A stretch of 64,000 bases of DNA from the human T2T-CHM13v2.0 reference genome, Homo sapiens, in the NCBI RefSeq assembly GCF_009914755.1, contig NC_060926.1; one strand, written 5' to 3'. Made by a program: the position numbers and the translations under genes. The notes beneath the pieces are model-generated. The model ran no database searches, had not been told where the DNA came from, and saw only the letters and a list, made by a program, of their open reading frames with translations. This document shows positions 15,734 to 27,879 of the stretch, one piece after another. The first letter of the stretch is position 1; the number at the start of each line of letters is the position of its first letter.

Positions 15734-17726
15734 CTAAAAAACAACAAAAGTTAGCATGCTTAAAAAATAACTGGATAATTCTAAGCTCCTCAGAGACAAC
15801 TGAAATTTGCCTCATTTAAAAACTAAAGATGCACTTAAAAATATAAAATCAACAAACTGTATGATTTAGTCTCTACCATTATCAAAATATTATGATTTTA
15901 TTTATTATATGAGGAGTCTGTTTTAGAAACAAATATGCAAAATAAACCATAAATAAGAATTTTTTTAAGCAACAAAGTGAGAGAGTTCACATGGACCAGG
16001 AATGGGACCATAAAAGTATTCTTTGTTTGTTCCAGGTCAATGTGAACTGCTTCTGATCCTCCTTTGTTCAAGGATGAAAAACAACAGTTCACCAAGTCAA
16101 TAGCTTCCTTAGAGAGGCCAAAGACTCCGTTTAATCTTGTCTAGCAAAAGTTCCATGCTTGGCACAGCCACTGCAGGTGGAGATATGACTTGACTCGCTG
16201 TATGGATATTTACTGTCCCCCATCATGGCCCACCAGGTCTGTGTGAGGGGCAGCCACCATGGTGAATTAAATGAGGCTATGGCAAGGGCCACAGCCCCTG
16301 CATCCTTTAAGTCTTTGAGGGTAACACTCATGTCTGACATTCCTGCCATCAACGCAAGATGTGGTCATATCTGTGGTTTACGATCTCGTAGGGGAAGAGG
16401 CCTACCCCACTACAACATCTTTTATTCTAGGCCAAGGAGCCAACGTGCAGGTTCTGCCAATGAACCTGCCATTCACTCCTATTATACTAGAGAACCAGGG
16501 AAATGAAGAATGTGAGCTAGGCTTGAACAAAGATTCCATTTATTACCTGCCTTCCTGGTCTCCAGTCTAATAGGAGGGCTATGGTAGCATCTTGGGTCTC
16601 CAAATATCAATGTTAGCTTAATAGTCCTTGAAAAGCTAAGGCATTCGTCTTTCCCCAGTGTGCATTTGCCTAAATAAATGTCCTAGATACCTTTAGGAGA
16701 GAAGTGGGGGAATTATTGCTGAATGCACCTGCTGTAATATGGTACCATCCTTCCTGGGAAGAGCTCTGCTCCTCCTTCAGTCAACAGATTCTGGGGCTGA
16801 GAATTAGCTCCATTCAAGAAACTAGGCAAAAGATCCTGACTTTTGTACCTCCTGGTAATCCACACGTGCTTTCTTGTAGAAATTAAGCATTGCCCTTGTT
16901 GGGTGCCCATCTATCTCCTTCCTAAAACAATGAGCCTATTGAGAGCTCTCTGCAGGGCAGGAACCCCCTGGGTGCCCCACTGATCTTGCCTCTCATTGTG
17001 ATCATGGCCTCTGCCTTGCATCCAATGGTGAGCACACCACCTGGCCTTTGTAATCCCAGGATCCTGTCATCCCCGTTGCTACCAGGAGCCAGTTCTGTGA
17101 TTTCATCATCTGTCATCAGCTCTGGCACATAGAGCACAGCCATTCCTGAGCTCAGTGACTTTGGGGCCACTCTCACCAGTGCATTCCTTTGTACATGGGA
17201 AGTCCTCCAGGCCATCTCGTGAAGATAGTCAGCACCATGGATGCTAGCATGTCCACTCCAGCATGGCCACTTCTCTGAGCCATTTGGTCCCTCTCTCCAC
17301 CATCTGCCTGAGTGTGGGTCACTGCTTTCTCTAGGCTTTTAAGCAACATCTGAGTTGAGTCTTAGCATTCTCTCCAGGGATCTTGACCAAGATGCTTAAT
17401 CCTGTACCACCTAGATTGCTCCCTCTCAATAAACTCAACCTTATTCGATTTTATATCTACACTCTTTGATCCAATCCCATGAATATATTCCCAGGTCCTC
17501 TGCAACATATTAGCTCGACCCCACAGCTCCTTCACCTGATATCCCCTTTTGGCCAAGCCAGCCCAGCTCATCCCCAGTCGGGCTGTGCTGAGATTTGGTT
17601 CTTGTTATTCTTCTGGTTTTGCCAACAGGAAAGATGAGGGTAGATCCTGATGGGTCAAGCATTGTCTTGTATGATACCTACCTCATTTGAGACCTCTGTA
17701 TGATCTTCAGAAAAGGAAAGTCTTGC

Positions 17727-17835
17727 TTTTTTTTTTTTTTTTTTTTTGACCGAGTCTCGCTCTGTTGCCCAGGCTGGAGTGCAATGGTGCAATCTGGGCT
17801 CACTGCAAGCTCCGCCTCCCAGGTTCAAGCAGTCT
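17727..17835 (-). mobile_element. 5'-truncated Alu inside ERVL gag
   Basis: Poly(T) plus the last ~90 nt of the right arm; no clear TSD. Confidence 0.9.
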
Positions 17836-18276
17836 ACAATCTTCTACATGACATGAGAAATAGGCCATTTCTGCAGGCCCAGGGGACTCAGGGGCATGTA
17901 AGTGTTCAGGGTTCCCAACTGTCCAGGGCTCCCACCCTAAGTGTAAGGGTCTCACCTCTTTCCCATTAGAGCCCTGTGTCTGAAGGACTGAGAACTTAAC
18001 CTACTCAGGGTTCAGACTGGTCCTCCAGCCAACCTGCCTTCCAGCTGCAGATCATCGGGGTTTTCTTAAATGCTGCCAAGGAAGTGCTCTGGCTTTCACA
18101 GTTTGCCTGAAACCAGTGATGAGTCATCCTGCGCCTCTGCCTCTCTCTCTTCAACACTCAGTAGCCTCAGCCTCAGCCACCCAAGCCCACAGGCCTTCTG
18201 GTTATCATTTCATCAGCCGGCCACCTGCTTCCTCTCCAATTTTTCATTAGGGCCTGCAACTCACAACCACGTCCAG

Positions 18277-18687
18277 TGTCAGCTGCCTGAAAGTCTTCCT
18301 AGAAACAGAGTCTGAGATGGAAATTGCATGCAGAGTGCTGATCAGAGGGTGTTCTCGGGAGATTCTCCTGTAAAGAAGTGAGAAAGGCAGGATGCTGCAG
18401 AAGCTGAAGCTGGCTGCAACGAGGCTACACTTGGAGCCACCCCCAGCCAATCCTAAGTGGCGCTCTCGAGCTGGGACGGCCCATCAGAGTTGTCCCAAGT
18501 TGAGGCAAGAGGGCCGAGCCTTTGCGTTCCTTCCTCGGTCAGTTTCACAACCTGGGGGATATGACCTGAAAAGAGGCCATTCCCTGCAGCAGGAGGGGGC
18601 ATCCAGTGCGGGCTCTGCCATGGCCATCATCAACTGTCACTGCAGCTAGCGGGGAGACCTGGGCAGAGCACCCCAATGGTCACTGCA
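18277..18687 (-). mobile_element. 5' LTR of the provirus (LTR16 family)
   Basis: GAGCTGGGACGGCCCATCAGAGTTGTCCCAAGTTGAGGCAAG matches the LTR16-type core; TG..CA termini; abuts the internal region. Confidence 0.75.
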
Positions 18688-18884
18688 GCCGAAAGAGGAC
18701 TGCTTGTCTTTCTGCTCTCACACCCCTTACCTAGGGAAGAGCAGAGAAAGGGTTGCTTGAATGGGAGGAATAGCAAAGAGAACAAAGAAATCCCAATGAG
18801 GGGAAACCTCTCAGCGCACCAGCCTCACTGTGTGCTGAGAGGCACCCACTGCCTTCCCTGCACTCCTTAGATCTTGTTCATGGG

Positions 18885-19037
18885 TGGTTGTTTGTTGTTG
18901 TTGTTGTTGCTGTTTTTAATGTAAGAAACAGAATCTTGCTGTGTTGACCAGGCTGGTCTCAAACTCCTGGCCTCAAGCGATCCTCCCCCCTCAGCCTCCC
19001 AAAGCACTGTGATTACAGGCGTGAGCCACTGCATCCA
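18885..19037 (-). mobile_element. Alu monomer (FLAM/AluJ left arm)
   Basis: (GTT)n tail plus left-arm sequence; partly re-copied by the tandem duplication. Confidence 0.85.
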
Positions 19038-19313
19038 GTCTCATTCATCTTTTTGTACCATATTCTCTGTCCCACCACTCAGAAATATCTCAGGTGCTGT
19101 ACTAGTGCCTTACACATCCTGGACCCTCAGTGCTGTCTCAAACTCCTGGCCTCAAGCAATACTCCCCACTCAGCCTCCCAAAGCACTGTGATTACAGGCA
19201 TGAGCCACTGCATCCAGCCTCATTCATCTTTTTGTACCACATTCTCTGCCCCACCACTCAAAAATATCTCAGGTGCTGTGCTAGTGCCTTACACATCCTG
19301 GACCCTCAATGCA
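18956..19313. repeat. Tandem duplication, 2 x 179 bp
   Basis: Units start at 18956 and 19135; about 11 mismatches by my count. Confidence 0.95.
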
Positions 19314-20659
19314 TAGCATGGTAGCACCAAAAGGTGTGAAATACAGAAATGAAATCATTAAGTGAGTCATTCATACCCATCATGGTTATTTATACGGTAA
19401 TTTATATGGTCAAGCTTGACCGTCTTGGAGGGCTGCTGTCATCACAAAGCAGAACAAGGCCCACCAGGACACCCTGACCTCGTGCAGTGAGCCGGCCCTC
19501 AGGCTTGCACAACAACAACCCCCAAACACTGGCATGTTCCCAGCTGAGCCAACATGCACCAGACCCACCCAAACGTGGCCACATCGGAGCCATCTAGAAA
19601 CCGATTTGAACACTGCTTCTTGTGGTGAGGGACAGGAAACCAAGAGGACACAGGGGGCGGTGTCGAGGTTAACAGGGAGGGCTGCAAGCCCAGATCTCTG
19701 GTTTCTGTTCCTCTCCAGCGTTCATCCTCTCCTACTGTTGTTAAAAATCAAATGTAAGATGCAGAGAGCCAGTCCAGGCTGTCCAGAGGACAGGGCTGAG
19801 CCTCGCTCCCCACTCCATTCCCAGGGCCTAGCACAGGGCCTGGCACAGAGGCCATATCACAAGTCAAGAAGGAAATCTTTCCTTTCTGCCAACCCTGGAT
19901 CTTCCCAGAGAGGAGCCCTGTGTCCTCTTGAGGGCAGGATGGGTGGTCAAGGCAGGGACGCGGTAAAAACTAAGGTCGTACACCAGCAAGCTATCGACAA
20001 GCATTTAGAAAGCTGTGTCTCAACCAAGATAGTTATTGCAGCTTTATTTGTGTTATCAATAGTCAAAAAAAGGGGGGGGGGGAAGACAACTTACTCTGAG
20101 CCCTAGGGTGCCTTGTCATAGGAGGTTCTGGGGGTAGGTACACAGTTACTATTTATCCCATGAATAAAAGGGTGGATGGAAATAGGCCAGGAGTTGGGGA
20201 ACTTCACACAACAAAATCCAAACTGAATGATGGTGAGCCAAAACACAAAAATAACACAAAAGACCCCAAATTGTTACTGTATTTAGAAATAAGATGCAAA
20301 TTATTATAAAAAATTGTCAGATTGCTACAAGGCAATTTTTTGGGTGCTATAAAAGGCCTCTGGCCCAGGGGCCTAACAGCCTCCTAAAAGAGGATATCAG
20401 GAAAAGCAAGTCGCTAAATAGAAGAAAATAAAAGAAAAGGAACTCGTCAGTCAAACTGCATCCTGCCTAGCAGGGAATCCACACACTCAGGGAATCTCAG
20501 ATCCCAGGACTTCAGACTGAGATGGACTCGGTGTCTCTGGCCAATGAGAACCAAAGTCCTTCACACATCATGCTCCCTGAGACAAGAAAACGTAGGTATG
20601 CTTTAGGGGAAGAACAAAAACAGACAAGGGCAGTGGGAGTTTTGATTAGCATAATCTTT

Positions 20660-20860
20660 ACAAATCCTTGCTTTGGAATTCCAGCTTGGCCACCTACTAC
20701 ATCATTTGGGCAAGTTTCTTAACCTCCCAGAACCTCAGTGTCCTCATCTGTAAAATGGCAATTATGAGAACGCTACCTACTTCATCACAGTGGCGTAAAG
20801 ACTTACTAAGATAATTCCCGTTAAGTGCTTAGCACGTCGCCCTCCAAGCAGTCTGTTATT
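20660..20860 (+). mobile_element. MIR
   Basis: Core TTGGGCAAGTTTCTTAACCTC..CCTCAGTGTCCTCATCTGTAAAATGG. Confidence 0.9.
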
Positions 20861-21329
20861 TTTCTGATGTGTCAATGTCACCATTCACCTGCTGTGCAGT
20901 TTTGAGCAGATGATGAACGCATGTGTCCTCCAGGAGCTCCTTCTGCGACATCCCCTAGGCTGCCCGACATGACTCAGCAACACGGTGCTAGGGCCAGATC
21001 CCTGGCTAGACACCGAGGTGTGGGGCCCTCGTCTCTGACCTGCCATTGAGCCACAGTGTGAAGCCTAAGCAAAGCCATTTCTCTAGGGACCTTGGCTTAG
21101 TTTTCTGGTAAAATACAAGTTTCATTCTAGGTGTTCTCTCAGCTATCTTCTAGGATGTTTTGGAGTCTGTGCTTTCATACAAACACAGGCTCATGCTGGA
21201 GCAGGGATGGCCATGGACATCCTTAACTCTCCTAAGAGCCACCCACGGCCTCCCAAGTCACCTCATCAGTTGTCCTCACAGGGAGCCACCCTCTGGGAGT
21301 ATTTATATCCCTCTACTTTGATTACAGCT

Positions 21330-21720
21330 GATTAGTAAATTTACAATGTGTTTGAATTTCACTAGACTTACATTTCACAACAGAGAGCAAGGTTTAGTCA
21401 ACACTTTCATTTGCTAAGGGCAACCATCCAGGCTTAATAAGGCTTTCCCTAAACAGACACCTTCTTTACAAACTTCTAGGAAGCCAAGTGTTAAACAAAA
21501 GTCTAACTTGAGACTTTTCTCTTGATTCCTATTATGGGCATTTGCAGTTTGCTTTGCAATTGCATTACCAAGTGCACACTTGCGCACATGCCTGGAAACG
21601 TGCACACACGCACAATGGAGCAACGTCCCAGTGTGACGGTTCCTGCTGGCCAAGAACAGCACTGGGTATTTGCATGGGCAAAGACTTTAACAGCGTGAAC
21701 AGGATTTTCTGAACAAGTCT
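21330..21720. promoter_or_regulatory. Candidate enhancer with three MRE cores and an octamer
   Basis: TGCACAC 21573, TGCGCAC 21581, TGCACAC 21601; ATTTGCAT 21668; repeat-free. Confidence 0.4.
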
Positions 21721-23298
21721 GGAAATAAAATACCTACCAGCTTTCAGAGTAAATTACCAAAAAAGCAAAGGAGAAAAACAGTTCTTCCAAAAGACAGTCA
21801 TCTAACCTCCTTACTCCCTGTGCACAAATTACCAGGCTTCCCAGAATCCAATCTTAGGTGAGATGAGGAACAATGGAAGGTATTTACAAGTTTAAAAAAT
21901 ATCAAATTTTTGCTTCTGGACTCCCATGCTATGATGTCACTACCTTGTTGCACTGGTCTGAGAAAAAGAATTATATCTCTATGGGCCTCAGTTTCCCTGT
22001 ATGTGAAATGAGAGTTTCAATTAAGCACTATCTCAGATCCTTTCTGCCTTCAAAATCATGGGAAATCTCTGTAACAGATTTTTTAACCCATGAGAGGCCT
22101 TAGGGTCACTATGAGTATCTGATAAACAGGTGGGCCTTCCCTCCAGAAATATAGACAAAGGCTCATAAACACAGAGAAGTTTACACAGAATGTGAAAGAG
22201 GATTCAGAGAACCCCTGAAGCCTGTCCCGGAGGATGGGTTTAAAACTCTCAACTCTGGAGGAGATGTTGAAAGACAATTTCTCCAAAAGAGAGGGAGAAG
22301 ATACAGTAGCTAGGGAAGTCTGGAAATCTGAATTTTTAATTTAGAAATAGATATTGTGGTTTTGTTGTGAGCTTTGAAAAATTGAGCCATGATTCTGTAT
22401 AACGCCTCTAAGACAAAGATAAGATGTTAAAGCAGGTTCGTGACCATGGTCAGCTATGGAAGCGGTACACAAGGCCAGTTAGCAGGGTGGAGTCATGTTC
22501 TGAGAGATGAGGTGGTATGGGAATGTCTGGGGCTGTGGGTAATAAGTTGAGCTTTTTCCCAGATGTTCTCTCCATGTTCCAGAGAAGGTAGAAAGCTGGC
22601 TACCGACCAAATCTGATTTTGACATTCCTGTAAGATAGTGCCAAGCACTCAGATCTCATCAGCCCCGTGTCAGAGGCAGCAAGGCACCACACCATGGTTG
22701 GATAACCCCACATTCAATCCATTTTACTGAAAGCAGCACAAATAAACTAAGAATCAGAGCACTCAATGACTCATATCAGAGGTATGAATTGAAAGTCAAC
22801 ACTTGTATATAATCTAACTGAAGGAGAGTTTATAGCGCAGAATTCTCTCTGTTGGAAAGAAAAACTCCAAATGCGTGTGTGTGTATATGTGTGCACACTC
22901 ACTATCTTACACAGCACTGCTCATTCTAAGAAAATGAGAAAGGAGAAGAGAAAGCAACTCAAAACTTTTGTTTGATTTAGAAACAGAATTAAATAATAAT
23001 TGTAAAAGGTATCGCTGGAATAATGATATTAAAAGAGTGATTCATTCTGGTATATTTCCAGAGACAATGTTTACCAGGAACTCCCTACTCCCTCTGTACC
23101 CATCACTCAGCATGATATGTTTGCCCTGGCTTCAATTCTCTTTTTCAAAGGAACATTTTGGAGTGTGCAGCTACCTGTACCTCTCTGTTTAGTGATGATG
23201 CCACTCAGCGCTGTGTGTCAATTTAATACATGGGAACCTTCATCCCCTACTAGACTGTAGTAATATGTTTACAGGCCAAGGCCCTACACTCCTTGTTG

Positions 23299-23378
23299 GT
23301 GTAGCCCCGCAACACCTAGTGCGATGATTGGCATATAAGTGTAGCCCCACAACACCTAGTGCGATGATTGGCACAGAG
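23299..23378. repeat. Tandem duplication, 2 x 40 bp, in an L2 tail
   Basis: GTGTAGCCCC(G/A)CAACACCTAGTGCGATGATTGGCA twice. Confidence 0.95.
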
Positions 23379-23420
23379 GTGATCGTAAGTGTTGGTAAAT
23401 TACATTAAAAGTTCGCTCTG

Positions 23421-23645
23421 GGTCAGGCGCGGTGGCTCACGCCTGTAATTCCAGCACTTTGGGAGGCGAATCACCTGGGGTCAGGAGTTCGAGACCAGCC
23501 TGGCCAACATGGCGAAACCCTGTCTCTACTGAAAGTACAAAAATTAGCTGGGTGTGGTGGCAGGCACCTGTAATCTCAGCTACTCAGGAGGCTGAGGCAG
23601 GAGAATTGCTTGAACCCAGGAGGCAGAGGTTGTAGTGAGCCGAGA
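23421..23645 (+). mobile_element. AluS lacking its 3' end and poly(A)
   Basis: Consensus match stops abruptly at GAGCCGAGA. Confidence 0.92.
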
Positions 23646-24439
23646 ACTGAAAGTAAGGTAGTGGCGAAAACCCTGGCTGTGAGGCAAGGCACTGAGTCCT
23701 CATTTTGCCACTCACTAGTTGCTTTAACTTCGAAACTTCTTTTAACTTCCACCAGCCTCAGCTTCCTTAATAAAATCAAAAGTCTGGATCAAGTGTGAAA
23801 TCCAAGTCCAATTTGGTTTTATCTTCTATGTGGGATTGTTACCCAAGGACTCAGCTTCAGAAGTGACTCACCTGAGCTCCTGCCCATCCAAGTAATTGGA
23901 GTTTAAAGACACAGGCAACCCTTCAGGCTTACGTGCTGGCTCTGGGCCTTGTCGGTGCGTGGGTGGATGTATGGAGGCTGGCTTCCCTGTTTCCGAGTGC
24001 CTTCTGATTTACATGGAGCCTGAAACCTATTCTGGAGGCTATCTGCATTTTAAAGGCCTTTTTAAATGGTCTTGTCTGAGGATTGCATTTGAAACTTGCA
24101 CTAAAGGCCCACGTTGCCTTAGAAGAACCTGCGCTTATCAAAGCTCACAGGTAGTGAAATGGCCTTTATTTGGGGAAGCCTTTAGAATCCATTACAGTCA
24201 TTGGAACGTAGGCTCTGGGGGGAGCTCTGGGTGGAGAAGCAGCTCCACTTTCCTGAGACCACTTGAATGTTGCCAACAAGTGAAAAGAACGGTAGAAAGA
24301 AGGGAGAGAAAGGAAGGGACACAGGTGGTCAACCTCCGGAGGTCTGTTCCTCCCTCTCGACCGAGTGATCCCAAAGGATCTCCCAGAAGCCAAAGCAAGA
24401 AGCTTTGGTGGGAAATCAGGCAGCACGGTCATGGAAAGG

Positions 24440-24810
24440 CGGCCTGCAGACTCAGGGTGCATCTCCTGCCGACCTCAGGGCCCTGCTCTCTGGCTCTTCT
24501 GCCTCAGGGCGACTTCTCAGTTCTCTCTCCTCCTGGGCGGGGTCTTCCCTGACCCCTCCTCTACCCCCCACATACCATGCCCTTCCCTGCCACCAGGCCT
24601 GGCTCTCCTGAATGCCTGTCTTGTCTGCATTGCTGCGTTCACCTCATTGCAAGATGATGATCTGTGTACATTCGCATCTCCCCTATTGGAATGAAGTTTC
24701 TTTGAGGCTAAAAGTTGGTGTCTGTATTTTCTGTACTTAGCACACAGTTGGCACACAACACGAGTTCAACAAAAGACTAACTGAATGAGTGAACAAATGA
24801 ATGAGCAAAA
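24440..24810 (+). mobile_element. L2 3' fragment
   Basis: Ends CTTAGCACACAGTTGGCACAC..TGAATGAGTGAACAAATGAATGA. Confidence 0.7.
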
Positions 24811-25604
24811 CTGGGAAGGTGGGGATGACCCAGGAATACATTTATCCAATAAACTCTTACTGAGGGCCAACTCTGTTGCTAGACTGAGGGGACAGTGGGA
24901 CTCACAGGGTGGCGGGAAGACAGGGATGTTCTCAAGCTTTGCCTCCTCTCAAGAGGCAGGCACCCTTCTAGAACTTACTGGAGTGCATTGCAATTCTGAG
25001 TTCTGTGTCTATGTCTTTGGTCCCCCAGCTAAATGACCCAGCATGGAAACAAGGCAGCAAGTGCTGATGAGGGTCACTTCTGGTCCACCGGGTCATGCTT
25101 TGGAAGGTCCTGTCCTGTAAATGATCAGCTTCCCCTGGGAAAGAGCTGAGAAGCTGACAAGACTGGTGACCCGGGAGAAGGCAGCAGTGTTCTAAAAAGG
25201 AAAGCTGTGATCTGTGTCAGGCCAGACCCTCTAGGACAGCCAACAAGATCCGGCATGCTCAGTGTGCAGAGGGAACAGGACATTGACACAGCTGCAGAGA
25301 CGGCCAGAGTGTGAAGGAAGAAGCTGCAGCAGGAACCTAGGAGGTGGGGAGGCCCGGCAGGGGACTGAAGCCCCGGCCAGGGCCAGGGCAGGATGTCTGT
25401 GCCTGATCTGCTCTGTCTTGTTCCAGCCTCCTGGGACAACTTACCACGTCTGAGGTCAGGCCTATGACAGTACAGTGGGATAGAGTCTGAAGTTAGCACA
25501 TCAGAGCCCTGACAATCCTTTCTTTCACCCTAACACCCAGAACACAAGGGGTCTTGAGTATTTCACACTGTAAAGCATATGTGTCCACATATACATAGAT
25601 TTTG

Positions 25605-25830
25605 AAACTGGACTGCTTGTGTTCAATTCTGGCTCTGTCAATTACTAGCTATGAGACCTTGGGCAGATTACTTAACCTCTCTGTATCTCAGTTTCCTCAC
25701 ATGAAAATGGGATAATCATAGTATCTACCTAACAGAATTGTCAGGATTACAAGAGGTAATATATGCAAGTCACTTTGAATAAGCCCTGGCACATAGTCAG
25801 TGCTATATATGTTGTTGCTATCACAATTGT
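25605..25830 (+). mobile_element. MIR
   Basis: Near full length, GACCTTGGGCAGATTACTTAACCTCTCTGTATCTCAGTTTCCTC. Confidence 0.92.
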
Positions 25831-27462
25831 TAATATTATTTATATATTAACATATAGTTATAGAAAGGGGGGCATATGCATTCTGATTTTATAGTGCTGT
25901 ATATTAAATGCTGACAGGGAGAGAACAGTCACCTGGTTAACATGGCTATGTTAAAAGAGGGGGACTTTTACTCCATCTGAAACCAAGTGGCAGAGAGCGT
26001 GTGGTGGCAATGGGGTGGGGGTGGCTGGGTATGTCTGCATTCCCTGGATAGAAATTTATAGCGAAATGGGTGGCAATCATTTCTGGTTGTTAGATTACTT
26101 ATCTGACACAGGGCTAACAACTAAGAGTTGCTGAGAAAGGCAGATGTAGTTTAGAGCAGAAGGGCACGGGATCCCACTCCTGAGTCCTGCAGTAAAGTGG
26201 CTGTGTGTGGCCTGGTCAAGCTGCCCACTGTGGCTGGGACTAGGGTTCCTCCTTTAAAATACAAGGGGACTTAAACTAGAAGCGGCGTGGAGAATGACTA
26301 GCACCCCAGCTCAGCACCCTGATGGCTTCCCATGATTTACTCCTCCAACTTCTCGGCAGCTCCGAGACACAGGCAAGTGGACTGAGCAGCTTAACTTTAC
26401 AGATGGCGGCAAAAGCGTGGCTCTCATGGGAGGGGGTGACCTATCCTTGAGCTCAGATCTCTTGACCTCTGGGGTCTAAAAAATTACCAAGACAAGCCTG
26501 GGGGAGTGGGCCCCAGAGAAGGAGGGTGACCCACAAGTAAACAGGAGAAGTGGGGTGTCTTTCTAACTAACCCTCTTATCAACGTTCCGAGTATTTGCCC
26601 TCAAATGGTTAACCAAAGTGACACCCAAGGCAGAAACGGGCCTGGAAAGGTCCCTGATGCACAGAGGCTGGTGTGGCGGGAGGGTGTGTGGGAGGAGGGG
26701 AGGAAGTGGCACTCTGGTGGCTTTGTGCAATTATTTTCCAAGACTAACAGGATGCTGTTTTCTTCAAACAAATCTGATGTCCTTGTGCCCTATTGCCCTT
26801 GATTTAGATCAGTTTCAAAGACAACTTCCCCCAAGGTGATCCAGGCACGTGATGCTCCTTTTAAATTGTCCTTCAGAATGCGTTTGAAGTATTGGTCCTT
26901 GCTAGTGGGTACATTTTCCTTGGCCCAGCTAACTATCAGGTCGTTTTCAAAGTAGTTTCTTTCAAAAGTAGCCCCTTTGAAGTAGTTTCTCAGTAGACAT
27001 TTTGGCATCAAACTGTACAGACATTTATGTAAAACATCACATCAGCCACCAGGCTGCTTCAGAGGCCGAAAGCAGCTCAGGGTTTATCATGATCTAAGTG
27101 TCCTAGCCAGTAAGTGAGAGAGGGCTCCCAAAAAGGCAGAACAGAGACAAAGGTCGAAAAGCAAAGCCATCTCACTCCCTCGGTCACTTGCCCACTCATT
27201 TCAAAGAGGCATAAGGAGCCCCAAATCCACGCTACCTCTATTCTAGAGATGAATGAGGCACAGTTCCTGCCATCAAGAACTCTGCAGAAGGAAAGGAAAG
27301 GCTGACACCAGCCACAGTGTTGAGAGGGAAGTGCAGGACAGGTTAGGAGGCTCCGGAGGGCAGAGAGGCTATTGGCTGAGGCTAGAGGAGGCTTCTGGGA
27401 TGGATCCTGGAAGGATAAATGGGGTTCCTCCATGTGCTCTATCTCTAGAATGCAGTGGCTTA

Positions 27463-27871
27463 TCCAGAGGTGTGCTCAGTTGAAAAAAATAAAACTTGAT
27501 TTTCAATGTTTGCCAATTTCCTTGTTGTAAACACTCCCACCTAAGAATAGCAAATTTTAAGTTACCAATGGAGACCAACGTGACTTCACTGAACGCAGAG
27601 TTGGGAAGAGACAGGCAGTGGCCACCGTGATATAGTATGTCACCCTACAGACAGGAGGGGCATAGAATACCTTCAGGAAAATAGATCATAGCAAAATCAT
27701 TAGGAAGTGATGAATCTGAGTATTTATCACCTTTGTTTTTGCTACCGTTTTGTTGTAAATTTTTAAAATTTAATGTTTAATAATGGCTGTGTTTAATAAC
27801 CAGCTTCCCAGGTTCCTCAAAGTGTAATAATCAGCTCTCACAAACTGACACAAGCCAGCTCGCACACTCCG
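27463..27871 (-). mobile_element. MER63B-like hAT-Blackjack DNA transposon
   Basis: TTTGCCAATTTCC..CACTGAACGCAGAGTTGGGAAGAG..ATTAGGAAGTGATGA..TAATGGCTGTGTTTAA. Confidence 0.85.
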
Positions 27872-27879
27872 GGCTATTT

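Larger units (their letters stand above)
13085..18276 (-). mobile_element. Decayed ERVL provirus internal region (HERV16/ERV3-16A3-like): gag-pro-pol(RT/RNaseH)-IN
   Basis: Minus-strand remnants: gag-like YQVKEL...KVEFIE (17362-17571); protease region FQGLL..LTLIFGDP (~16570-16640, DTG motif deleted); RT SVTLKDLKDAGAV..SFNSPW (16131-16352); FDWDPE/PYDLDNCMVL (15084-15387); integrase zinc finger AAAECLICWQQR (~14253-14290). Many stops and frameshifts. Confidence 0.9.

Noticed and set aside
13085-18276. Domesticated intact ERVL gag/pol (Fv1-like) gene
   Set aside because: Frames are broken by stops, frameshifts and an Alu; the protease DTG and RT YxDD motifs are lost.
19534-20106. 190-aa ORF on plus
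   Set aside because: No recognisable homology, ends in an L1 remnant across an A/G homopolymer, no splice support.
23896-24552. 218-aa ORF on plus
   Set aside because: Non-ATG start, no domain similarity I can recognise, runs into L2, and overlapped by ORFs in other frames; chance ORF.
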